Source: Gemmatimonadales bacterium
Lineage (GTDB): Bacteria; Gemmatimonadota; Gemmatimonadetes; Gemmatimonadales; GWC2-71-9
Length of the DNA stretch: 64,000 nucleotides
Assembly: GCA_036006525.1 (NCBI GenBank)
Contig: DASYPP010000060.1
Location: 23,794-87,793 of the forward strand
Direction: 5' to 3'
The notes under the pieces were generated by a model. That model saw only the letters and a program-made list of their open reading frames with translations, did no database searches and had not been told where the DNA came from. Numbering within the stretch: position 1 is the stretch's first letter; each line of letters opens with the position of its first letter. The position numbers were made by a program, and so were the translations under genes. Shown here in pieces: positions 11,158-19,227 of the stretch.

Positions 11158-12108
11158 GTGGCTGACGAATCACAGCATCGAATCTCGACCGAGGGTGCCG
11201 ATCCCCTGTTGCTCGCCGGGGTCAACGACACCAACCTGGTCGAGATGCAGCGCACCCTCGGCGTGAAGGTTTCGCTCCGCGGCGACACACTCACCCTGGG
11301 CGGCACCACCGAGCAGATCGAGCGCGCCACCCCGGTGGTGCAAGGCCTGATCGACCTGGCCCGGATGGGCGAGACGGTGTCTCCCGAGGACATCATCCGC
11401 TTCGCGGCGGAAGGTCAGTCGGTGGAGGCGGTGGCCGGCGGCGACCAGAAGATCGTGCTGCCCGGGTTGCGCCGGGTCATCGCGCCCAAGACCGCGGGCC
11501 AGCGCGACTATCTCCAGGCCATCAGCGAGCATGACATCGTGGTGGGCATCGGGCCGGCCGGAACCGGGAAGACCTACCTCGCCGTGGCCAAGGCGGTGGA
11601 GGCGCTGGCCCGGAAGCGGGTCAAGCGGATCATTCTCGCCCGGCCGGCGGTGGAGGCCGGCGAATCGCTGGGCTTCCTGCCCGGCGATCTCCAGGCCAAG
11701 GTCGATCCCTACCTGCGGCCGCTCTACGATGCGCTGGAAGACATGATGCCGCACGACCGGGTGCAGCGCGCGCTGGAAAACCGCACCATCGAGATCGCGC
11801 CGCTGGCCTACATGCGGGGCCGCACCCTTTCCGATGCGTTCATCATCCTGGACGAGGCGCAGAACGCGACCGGCGCGCAGATGAAGATGTTCCTCACCCG
11901 GCTGGGCGTGAACAGCAGGACCGTGGTCACCGGGGACAAGACCCAGATCGACCTGCCCCGGCGGGAAGAGTCGGGCCTGGTCCAGGTGGAGCGGATCCTT
12001 CCCGGTATCGAGGGGATCGCCTTCTGCTACCTGAACGAGAACGATGTCGTGCGGCACCGTCTGGTCCGGGAGATCATCCGGGCCTATGCGGAGGATCAGA
12101 GCGGCTGA
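11158..12108 (+). CDS. phoH: PhoH family ATPase (YbeZ-like)
   Basis: Walker A GPAGTGKTYLAV and LARPAVEAGESLGFLPGD. Start set to GTG 11158 after AAAGAGGAG, because ORF-track start 11098 translates the GTGACAA repeat. Confidence 0.9.
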   Translation: MADESQHRISTEGADPLLLAGVNDTNLVEMQRTLGVKVSLRGDTLTLGGTTEQIERATPVVQGLIDLARMGETVSPEDIIRFAAEGQSVEAVAGGDQKIVLPGLRRVIAPKTAGQRDYLQAISEHDIVVGIGPAGTGKTYLAVAKAVEALARKRVKRIILARPAVEAGESLGFLPGDLQAKVDPYLRPLYDALEDMMPHDRVQRALENRTIEIAPLAYMRGRTLSDAFIILDEAQNATGAQMKMFLTRLGVNSRTVVTGDKTQIDLPRREESGLVQVERILPGIEGIAFCYLNENDVVRHRLVREIIRAYAEDQSG

Positions 12109-13844
12109 TGTCCTCGACCTGGCAGGAACTGCGGGACGAGTCGCTTGCCGGGATGACCGTCCTGGGCCGTTGCTGGTTCCACCTGGTCCGCTGGCTGGTC
12201 CTGCTGATCGTGGCCCTGATCACGTACCTCGCTTTTCCCGCGACGGGTTCCCACGAAATCCCGGTGTATTCGGTGGGCGCCGTAGCGTCCCGCGACGTGG
12301 TGTCGCCCGCCGACGTGGTGTACTGGGAGAAGGTCACCCAGCAGCTCGAGTCTCCCCGTCGTTCGGCTGCCCATCCGGCCGCCCCGGCCGTCATCGTAGA
12401 CTCGCTTCGCCATGTCATTCGCGCGGGAGACCGCATCGTCGCGACCGGCGAAACGGTGACCCGCGACCAGAGCCTGGATCTTTCCGCCCTGGCGAACGTG
12501 CTTTCCTCCCAGTCCGAGAGCCTCGGCCTGATCCGGGGGGTCGTCGGCCCCATCCTCTTCAACGCCATGCTGGCCAGCGTGTTCTGGCTGCTGCTCCTGT
12601 TCTATCGCTGGGAGAGCTATCGCAGCCTGCGCGAAGTGGTGTTCTTCGGGCTGCTCTTCTCAGTCGTCATGCTCATGTGCGGGGCCATTCACCGGATGCT
12701 CCCCGGCCGGCCCGAGCTCATGCCGGTCCCTTTCGCGGCCATCCTCATCACCCTGCTTTACAACGGACGGCTTGGAGTCTTCGCCGCCGCGACGCTGGCG
12801 ATTCTCCTGGGCAGCCAGTGGGCGCTCCGCGATGAAGACGTCCTGCTGATTGCGCTGGCGGCCGGGGTCGCGGCGGCCGTAGGGACCCGCGCGGCTCGGC
12901 GCCGCAAGGAGCTGTACCTCACGATCGCCAGCGCCGTGCTGGCCTATGGGCTGGCCGCGCTGACCCTGGGGCTGCTCCATGGCTGGCCGCTCATCACCAT
13001 GGGGTGGAGCCTGGCCCGGGGATCGGTCACCGCGCTGGGCAGTGCATCGGTCGCGATGCTGCTGCTGCCGCTGGCCGAGTCGGTCATCCGGGTCACCACT
13101 GACATCACGCTGCTGGAGTTGTCCGACCCGGGACGCCCGCTGCTGCGCAAGCTCGCCATGGAGGCGCCCGGTACCTACGCCCACAGCCTCGCCATGGCGA
13201 ATCTCTGCGAGGCGGCGTGCAACGCGATCGGCGCCAACGGGCTGCTGGCCCGGGTCGGGTGCTACTACCACGATATCGGCAAGTCGAAGAACCCGGGGTT
13301 CTTCATCGAAAACCAGAAGCCCAACGCCAACCCGCACGACCAGATCTCGGCCCGCGAGTCGGCCGCGATCGTGCGGGGTCACGTGCTGGACGGCATCGCC
13401 ATGGCCCGCGAGGCCGGGTTGCCGGAGTCCCTGGTGTCGTTCATTCCCGAGCATCACGGCACGCTCTATATCGAATACTTCCTCGACCGGGCTCGCAAGG
13501 AGAGCGGCGGCAACGGGATCGACAAGGAAGAGTTCCGCTATCCGGGGCCGCGGCCTCAGTCGGTGGAGACCGCGATCGTGATGCTGGCCGACGCCACCGA
13601 GGCCGCGCTCCGGCTGCTGGGCGATCCCACTCCGGAGCGGGTGCGGGCTGCCGTCGAGTTCCTGTTCCAGGAAAAAGTGGATGCCGGGCAACTCAAGGAA
13701 GCGCCGCTCACCTTGAGCGATCTCGACCGGGTCAAGGAAGAGTTCGTCCGGGTGATGACCAGCATGCGGCACAACCGGATCGATTATCCCGGCCGGATCG
13801 GCGGCATCGCGGCGCGCTTCCCCCAGGGCACCGGGCATGACTGA
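12108..13844 (+). CDS. 7TM-HD membrane phosphohydrolase (PgpH-like)
   Basis: Multi-TM N-terminal half followed by an HD domain (CYYHDIGKS ... IPEHHG). Stop/start overlap with phoH; typical phoH-pgpH-ybeY order. Confidence 0.8.
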   Translation: MSSTWQELRDESLAGMTVLGRCWFHLVRWLVLLIVALITYLAFPATGSHEIPVYSVGAVASRDVVSPADVVYWEKVTQQLESPRRSAAHPAAPAVIVDSLRHVIRAGDRIVATGETVTRDQSLDLSALANVLSSQSESLGLIRGVVGPILFNAMLASVFWLLLLFYRWESYRSLREVVFFGLLFSVVMLMCGAIHRMLPGRPELMPVPFAAILITLLYNGRLGVFAAATLAILLGSQWALRDEDVLLIALAAGVAAAVGTRAARRRKELYLTIASAVLAYGLAALTLGLLHGWPLITMGWSLARGSVTALGSASVAMLLLPLAESVIRVTTDITLLELSDPGRPLLRKLAMEAPGTYAHSLAMANLCEAACNAIGANGLLARVGCYYHDIGKSKNPGFFIENQKPNANPHDQISARESAAIVRGHVLDGIAMAREAGLPESLVSFIPEHHGTLYIEYFLDRARKESGGNGIDKEEFRYPGPRPQSVETAIVMLADATEAALRLLGDPTPERVRAAVEFLFQEKVDAGQLKEAPLTLSDLDRVKEEFVRVMTSMRHNRIDYPGRIGGIAARFPQGTGHD

Positions 13845-14268
13845 GCCGGCGGTTGCGATCGCCCGCCGCCCCCCGGGGCTGTCCGAGGCTGCGCTGCTCC
13901 GCGCAGTGCGCGTGGTGCTGCGCGGAGAGCGGAAGCGCGCGCCGATCTCGCTCACGTTCCTGGGCCCCGCTGCCATGCGCCGGCTCAACCATCGTCACCT
14001 GGGGCATGACCAGCCAACCGACGTGCTTTCCTTCGCGCTTCCCATCGGTGACCTGGTGATGGGCGACGTGTACGTGTGCCGCGCAATTGCCGCCGCCGAG
14101 GCGCGCCGCCGGGGAATTCCCCTCCGGCAGGAGCTGGTGCGCCTGGTGATCCACGGCGTGCTGCACGTGCTGGGATATGACCACCCTGATGCACGCGGGC
14201 GCGAGTCCTCTCCCATGTGGAAGAAACAGGAGCGTTACCTGAAACTCGCGTTGCGGTCGGCCCCATGA
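13837..14268 (+). CDS. ybeY: rRNA maturation endoribonuclease YbeY
   Basis: HGVLHVLGYDH zinc motif. 143 aa. Overlaps the upstream gene by 8 nt. Confidence 0.9.
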   Translation: MTEPAVAIARRPPGLSEAALLRAVRVVLRGERKRAPISLTFLGPAAMRRLNHRHLGHDQPTDVLSFALPIGDLVMGDVYVCRAIAAAEARRRGIPLRQELVRLVIHGVLHVLGYDHPDARGRESSPMWKKQERYLKLALRSAP

Positions 14269-15470
14269 TCGAATCGATCATCCAGATCCTCCAGCTGCTG
14301 ATCGCGCCCATCATCGGGATCGGGTTGACGATCTGGGCCGGCTGGCTCGCGCTCGCGGCCGAAGCCGGGGAGGACCTGCCCCGGGTCCTCGCCGTCCAGC
14401 TGCCGCCCGATACCGGTGAGCCGTCTACCGCCCGCGGTCTGCACGTCGCGCACATGGCGCTGCTGGTGCTGGCCGGCGCGTTTGCCGCGATCTCCGCCGC
14501 CTGGTGGACCACGACTCCGCTCCTCGCCGCGCTCCGGCTGCTGCTGGCCGTCTTCCTGGTATGGATCCTCGGCGACGGCCTTCCACGCCTGTTGTCGATC
14601 CTCACGCCCGACCTCCCGGACCGGGTCTACCGGGCCGCGGTGAAGACCCTGGTCCCGTTCAGTCCCCTCCTCCGGTTGGTGAGCTGGGCCGATCGGAAGG
14701 GTCGTCCGAAGGAGGCCGGTCCGGTCCGGCGGGAAAGCGGCGCCACCCGCCGCGACATGCTGTTGGGCCTCTTTTCTCTGGCCGACACCACGCTGGCCGA
14801 GGTGATGACGCCCCGGATCGACATCGTGGCGGTGGACGTCGCGGCCACCCGGGAAGAAGTGATCGCCACGCTGCGCGGGTCCGAGCACGCCCGCATCCTG
14901 GTCTTCGACGAGCATCCCGACGCGCTGGCCGGCGTGCTCTATGCCAAGGATGTCCTGGCCAGCATGGCCCAGGATTCCGACGAGCCGTGGCACACGCTCA
15001 TTCGCCCCGCCGCCTTCGTGCCGGAGGGAAAGACGCTGGAGCGGCAGATGCGGGACTTCCAGCGGGGTCCCAGTCATATCGCGGTCGTGGTGGATGAGTT
15101 CGGCGGGACGGCGGGTATCGTCACCCTGGAAGACATCCTGGAGCAGATCGTCGGCGAGATCCATGACGAGCATGACACCGACGAGGTCCAGTCGATCCGG
15201 GAAGCGCCGGACTCGCGGCTGGTGGTCGAAGGCAGCACGGCGCTGGCGGAGATGGAGGCGGTGCTGGGCCACAGCTTCAACCGGGAAGACGTGAGTACGG
15301 TGGGCGGGCTGATCCTCGCGCTGTTCGGCCGGGTGCCACGCCCGGGGGAAACCGTGGAGCTCGACGGTTACCGCTTCGTGGCCGACCAGGTGGTTCGCCG
15401 CCGGGTGCGGCAGATCCAGGTACTCCGCCCCGCGGCGGGCGCGGTCCCCGGTCCCGAGGCCAGGCCATGA
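14265..15470 (+). CDS. hemolysin/CorC family protein (DUF21 + CBS pair + CorC_HlyC)
   Basis: TM-rich N-terminus, CBS region (VMTPRIDIVAVD...) and a C-terminal transporter-associated domain. Start set at ATG 14265 (ATGA overlap with ybeY). Confidence 0.85.
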   Translation: MIESIIQILQLLIAPIIGIGLTIWAGWLALAAEAGEDLPRVLAVQLPPDTGEPSTARGLHVAHMALLVLAGAFAAISAAWWTTTPLLAALRLLLAVFLVWILGDGLPRLLSILTPDLPDRVYRAAVKTLVPFSPLLRLVSWADRKGRPKEAGPVRRESGATRRDMLLGLFSLADTTLAEVMTPRIDIVAVDVAATREEVIATLRGSEHARILVFDEHPDALAGVLYAKDVLASMAQDSDEPWHTLIRPAAFVPEGKTLERQMRDFQRGPSHIAVVVDEFGGTAGIVTLEDILEQIVGEIHDEHDTDEVQSIREAPDSRLVVEGSTALAEMEAVLGHSFNREDVSTVGGLILALFGRVPRPGETVELDGYRFVADQVVRRRVRQIQVLRPAAGAVPGPEARP

Positions 15471-16645
15471 TCTGGATCGTGCTTGGCGTCGGACTCATCC
15501 TCTCGGTGTTCGGCGCTGCGGCCGGCGCCGCGCTGGTGTCGGTGGGTCGCCTGGAACTCACTCGCGCCGCGTCGCGCCGCCTCCGGGGCGGCCCGTCCGG
15601 GCCGGCCTGGCTGTCGCACATCGACCAGTATCTCGCGGCCGGGTCAGCCACCATGTCGCTCGGCGTGATCGTGCTGGGTGCCTGCTTCCCGGTGTTTTTC
15701 ACCGGGTTCCAGTTCCTGATCGTGGCCACCCTGGCGATCCTGATCGCGGTGCCCCTCGTCCTGTTTGGCGGATACCTGCTGCCCCGCTGGCTGGCCCAGC
15801 CCCGCGCCGAGGCGATCGTTCGGGCCGTGGTGCCGGTGCTCCGGCCGTGGGTCAGCATCGTGTCGCCCCTGCTGCCCAGCCGGGGCCGGAGCCGGCCCGC
15901 CAACGTGGGCTCGGTACTTCGGGAGGGCGCCGCGGCCGGCCTGGAGAATGACCAGGAGATGCTGATGGTGGCCGGCGTCATGACTTTCACCGAACGCCCG
16001 GTGCGGGAGATCATGACCCCGCGCACCGAGATCGTGGCGATAGCGGAGGACACGCCGGTGCCGGACATCCGGATGACGTTCGCCCACAGCGGGTACACCC
16101 GGATCCCGGTCTATCGCGGCACCCTGGATGACATCACCGGCATCCTGCACGCCTTCGACCTGTTCAAGGTGACGCCGGGCGATCCGCTGCCGGTGCGGCC
16201 GGTCACGCTGGCGCCGGCCAGCCGGCACTGCGGCGACCTGCTGCTCGACATGCAGCGGGAGCGGCGCCACCTGGCGATCATCCTCGATGAATTCGGCGGC
16301 ACCCTGGGCCTGGCGACCTTCGAGGACCTTCTCGAAGAGCTGGTCGGCGAGATCTTCGACGAGCACGATGAAGAATCGAAGGTCGGGGCCCCGCCGACTT
16401 CGGGCGTGTTCGAGACCGATGGCGCCACGGCGCCGATGGCGATCGAAACCCGGTTTGCCGTCGACCTGGGAACCCGGGCGGCCACCATCGGCGGCCTGCT
16501 GATTGAATTGACCGGGCGGATCCCGCTGGCCGGCGAGCGATTCACTCTCAAGGGCCTGGAAATCGACGTGGTCCAGGCCTCGCCCAATCGGGTGGAGCGG
16601 GTCCTGATCCGGCCCGGCCCGGTTTCCAGTATTGCGCTCAAGTAA
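15467..16645 (+). CDS. hemolysin/CorC family protein (second copy)
   Basis: Same architecture (IMTPRTEIVAI..., FGGTLGLATFEDLLEELVGEI). 4-nt overlap with the upstream paralogue. Confidence 0.85.
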   Translation: MIWIVLGVGLILSVFGAAAGAALVSVGRLELTRAASRRLRGGPSGPAWLSHIDQYLAAGSATMSLGVIVLGACFPVFFTGFQFLIVATLAILIAVPLVLFGGYLLPRWLAQPRAEAIVRAVVPVLRPWVSIVSPLLPSRGRSRPANVGSVLREGAAAGLENDQEMLMVAGVMTFTERPVREIMTPRTEIVAIAEDTPVPDIRMTFAHSGYTRIPVYRGTLDDITGILHAFDLFKVTPGDPLPVRPVTLAPASRHCGDLLLDMQRERRHLAIILDEFGGTLGLATFEDLLEELVGEIFDEHDEESKVGAPPTSGVFETDGATAPMAIETRFAVDLGTRAATIGGLLIELTGRIPLAGERFTLKGLEIDVVQASPNRVERVLIRPGPVSSIALK

Positions 16646-16648
16646 ACA

Positions 16649-16753
16649 GCGTATGGCATATAGCATATGGCAACTCCGAGGTAGCTCGATCCGTCCTGCT
16701 GGCGGGTCTGCCTCGAGGCCCACGTCAGTTGCCATACGCCATATGCCATATGC
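16649..16753. repeat. tandem-unit inverted repeat (7-mers GCATATG-type)
   Basis: gcgtatggcatatagcatatggcaac (16649..16674) and gttgccatacgccatatgccatatgc (16728..16753), with a 53-bp spacer. Followed by ccatcagccatcagcc. Confidence 0.8.
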
Positions 16754-16787
16754 TGTGTGTTATACGCCATCAGCCATCAGCCACTAA

Positions 16788-18437
16788 GTGCGGGCGCTCA
16801 AGGTCTTCCTCAAGCTGTTCCCGTTCGTCGTCGCCTTCCTGCGCGACCGGCGCCGTTTCATCGTGTTCGGAAAGCCCGCCCGCCGGACCGACGCACAGCA
16901 CCGGCGCCGCGCGGCGCGCCTGACGGCGACCCTGGCCGGCCTGGGGCCGGCGTTCATCAAGCTGGCGCAGGTGTTCGGGTCCCGGGCCGACATCCTGCCC
17001 GAGCCCTACCTGAGCGCGATCTCCACGCTGGCGGACCAGGTCCCGCCGCTGGCGCCCGGCGTCGCCGAGCGGGTGATCGAAGCGGAGATCGGCCAGCCGG
17101 CGTCGGCCATCTTCGGGCGGTTCGATTCCGAGCCGCTGGCCGCGGCATCGCTGGGCCAGGTCCACCGCGCCAGTTACGGCGGGCGCGAGGTGGTGGTCAA
17201 GATTCTCCGCCCCGGGGTGGAAGCCATCGTCCGCCAGGACCTGGATGTCTCCTTCAAGATCCTCTTCCTGCTCAACATCCTGTTCCCCAACCATCACGTC
17301 CGCGCCATCACCGCCATCGTGCAGGAGTTCCAGCGCCGGATCAGCGACGAGATGGACTTCCGGGAAGAGGCCCGGTACGCCGGGATCCTGCGAAGAAATT
17401 TCGCCGCGGAGCCCCGGGTGGTCATTCCCGAGGTCGTGGCACCGCTCACCCGGCAGCGGATCCTGGTGCTGGAGTACATCGAGGGCACCCGGATCGACCG
17501 GCTGCAGGAGCGGCTTGCGGCGCATGAGTTCGAGCTGGCGGCGCTGGTCCGGACCATCGTGGAGTTGTATCTCCAGATGATGCTGATCGACGGGGTGTTC
17601 CATGCCGACCCGCACCCGGGGAACCTGCTGGTAGACCGGGAGGGGCGGGTGGTGCTGCTCGATTTCGGAATGGTACTGCCGGTGGAGCGGGAGACCCGGT
17701 TGCGTATCATCCGGACGATACTCTCGGCGGCCCGGCAGGACGTCGATGGCGTGATCAACGGCTTCTACGAGCTGGGCATTCTCGATCCCGACGTGGACCG
17801 GGGCACGGTGCGGGACGCCGCGCAGCAGCTGATGGCGCTGTCCTTCCGGGACGACTACTCGCCGCGCCAGCTCCAGCGCCTGGTCGAGGAGGTGCTCAAG
17901 ACGTTTTACGACTGGCCCCTCATGCTGCCGTCCCAGCTGGTCTACTTCGGGCGCGCCGCGGTGCTGGTGGAGGGGATCGGGCTCCGTTACGACCCGAACT
18001 TCAATGGCATGACCGTGATCCGCCCGGCGGTGGACCACTACAAGGATAGGATGCTGAGCGGCCTGCTGGAGGGCGACGGCAAGAGCGTGCTGGACGACTG
18101 GACCCACGAAGCACAGTCCACGATTCGCACTCTGCGCGACCTGCTGCGCCGGGTGGAGCGGGAGGAGCTGCGAGTGCGCTGGCATCCCCGGGATACCCTG
18201 GAGCTGCAGCGTTTCCTGGCCCAGCAGGTCCGCCGCGGACTGCTGGCGATCTTCGCGTTCACCATCGCGCTGATCACCAGCATTCTCTACCTGGCGGTGC
18301 GCCGGATCGAAATCCTGATTGTCGGCCTGCTGCTGTCCTTCGGCATGTTCGTGGTGATCCTGGTGCTGCCCAGCCACCTGTTCCAGAATCCGCTCAGGTT
18401 CCGGGCCCGCTGGCCCAACGCCAAGAAGGGATGGTGA
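16788..18437 (+). CDS. ABC1/UbiB-family atypical kinase
   Basis: LGPAFIKLAQVFGSRADILP, ASLGQVHRA, HADPHPGNLLV, and two C-terminal TM helices. GTG start. Confidence 0.85.
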   Translation: MRALKVFLKLFPFVVAFLRDRRRFIVFGKPARRTDAQHRRRAARLTATLAGLGPAFIKLAQVFGSRADILPEPYLSAISTLADQVPPLAPGVAERVIEAEIGQPASAIFGRFDSEPLAAASLGQVHRASYGGREVVVKILRPGVEAIVRQDLDVSFKILFLLNILFPNHHVRAITAIVQEFQRRISDEMDFREEARYAGILRRNFAAEPRVVIPEVVAPLTRQRILVLEYIEGTRIDRLQERLAAHEFELAALVRTIVELYLQMMLIDGVFHADPHPGNLLVDREGRVVLLDFGMVLPVERETRLRIIRTILSAARQDVDGVINGFYELGILDPDVDRGTVRDAAQQLMALSFRDDYSPRQLQRLVEEVLKTFYDWPLMLPSQLVYFGRAAVLVEGIGLRYDPNFNGMTVIRPAVDHYKDRMLSGLLEGDGKSVLDDWTHEAQSTIRTLRDLLRRVEREELRVRWHPRDTLELQRFLAQQVRRGLLAIFAFTIALITSILYLAVRRIEILIVGLLLSFGMFVVILVLPSHLFQNPLRFRARWPNAKKGW

Positions 18438-18458
18438 AACGGTAACGTATTCGGGCGC

Positions 18459-18608
18459 TGCAACATCTCCTCGCGAAGGACGCGAAGTACCGCGAAAGCC
18501 GCGAAGGCATCTAGCACAATTATCTTTTTAACAAGCCGATTCCATCTGTATAGTTGTTCTTCGCGGTCACCGCGCTACTTCGCGGTCTTCGCGAGGAGCG
18601 TTTGCCGG
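18459..18608. repeat. long inverted-repeat element, CTCCTCGCG/CGCGAAG-unit arms (copy 2 of 4)
   Basis: Left gcaacatctcctcgcgaaggacgcgaagtaccgcgaaagccgcgaagg. Right cttcgcggtcaccgcgctacttcgcggtcttcgcgaggagcgtttgccgg. AT-rich core. Confidence 0.8.
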
Positions 18609-18616
18609 AGGTGACA

Positions 18617-19141
18617 ATGCAATTCGATCTCAAGGAAGCCGTACCGGTCCTGGAGCGCACACCCGCAACCCTGCAATCCCTGCTGGGCGGATTGCCGGAA
18701 CCATGGGTGCGGCAGAACGAGGGGGGCGAGAGCTGGAGCCCGTTTGACGTCGTGGGCCACCTGATCGACGGTGAGGAAACCGACTGGATCCCGCGGGCGC
18801 GAATCATTCTCTCCCGGAGCGGCCAGCCGTTCGTGCCGTTCGACCGGTTTGCCCACAAGTCGAAGAACCGGGGAAGCACCCTGGCTCAGTTGCTGGACAC
18901 GTTCACCCGGCTGCGGCAGGAGAACCTGGAAACGCTCCGGGGATTCAAGCTCCAGCCGGCCGATCTCTCACTGCCCGGCGTCCACCCCGAGCTCGGTGCC
19001 GTTACCCTGGGGCAGCTCCTCGCCACCTGGGTGGTGCACGACCTCGGCCACATCGCCCAGGTGGCGCGGGTGATGGCGCACCAGTATGACGGGGAGGTTG
19101 CCGTGTGGAAGCAATACTTGCCTGTACTAACAAGGCGGTAG
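18617..19141 (+). CDS. DinB family protein
   Basis: Start set to ATG 18617 (MQFDLKEAVPVLERTP), because the upstream part of ORF 18554 translates repeat 18459..18608. Motifs VVGHLIDGEE and WVVHDLGHIAQV. The TAG stop lies in repeat 19134..19221. Confidence 0.75.
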   Translation: MQFDLKEAVPVLERTPATLQSLLGGLPEPWVRQNEGGESWSPFDVVGHLIDGEETDWIPRARIILSRSGQPFVPFDRFAHKSKNRGSTLAQLLDTFTRLRQENLETLRGFKLQPADLSLPGVHPELGAVTLGQLLATWVVHDLGHIAQVARVMAHQYDGEVAVWKQYLPVLTRR

Positions 19142-19221
19142 TGGACGGAAATGGGCGGTAGTAGACGGTAACGCTACCGTCATTACCGCCCACTACCGCC
19201 CATCACCGCCCATTACCGTCC
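19134..19221. repeat. tandem-unit hairpin (10-mers GGCGGTA / TACCGCC)
   Basis: ggcggtagt ggacggaaat gggcggtagta gacggta-acgc-taccgtc attaccgccc actaccgccc atcaccgccc attaccgtcc. Between convergent DinB and TonB receptor genes. Confidence 0.8.
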
Positions 19222-19227
19222 TCTAAT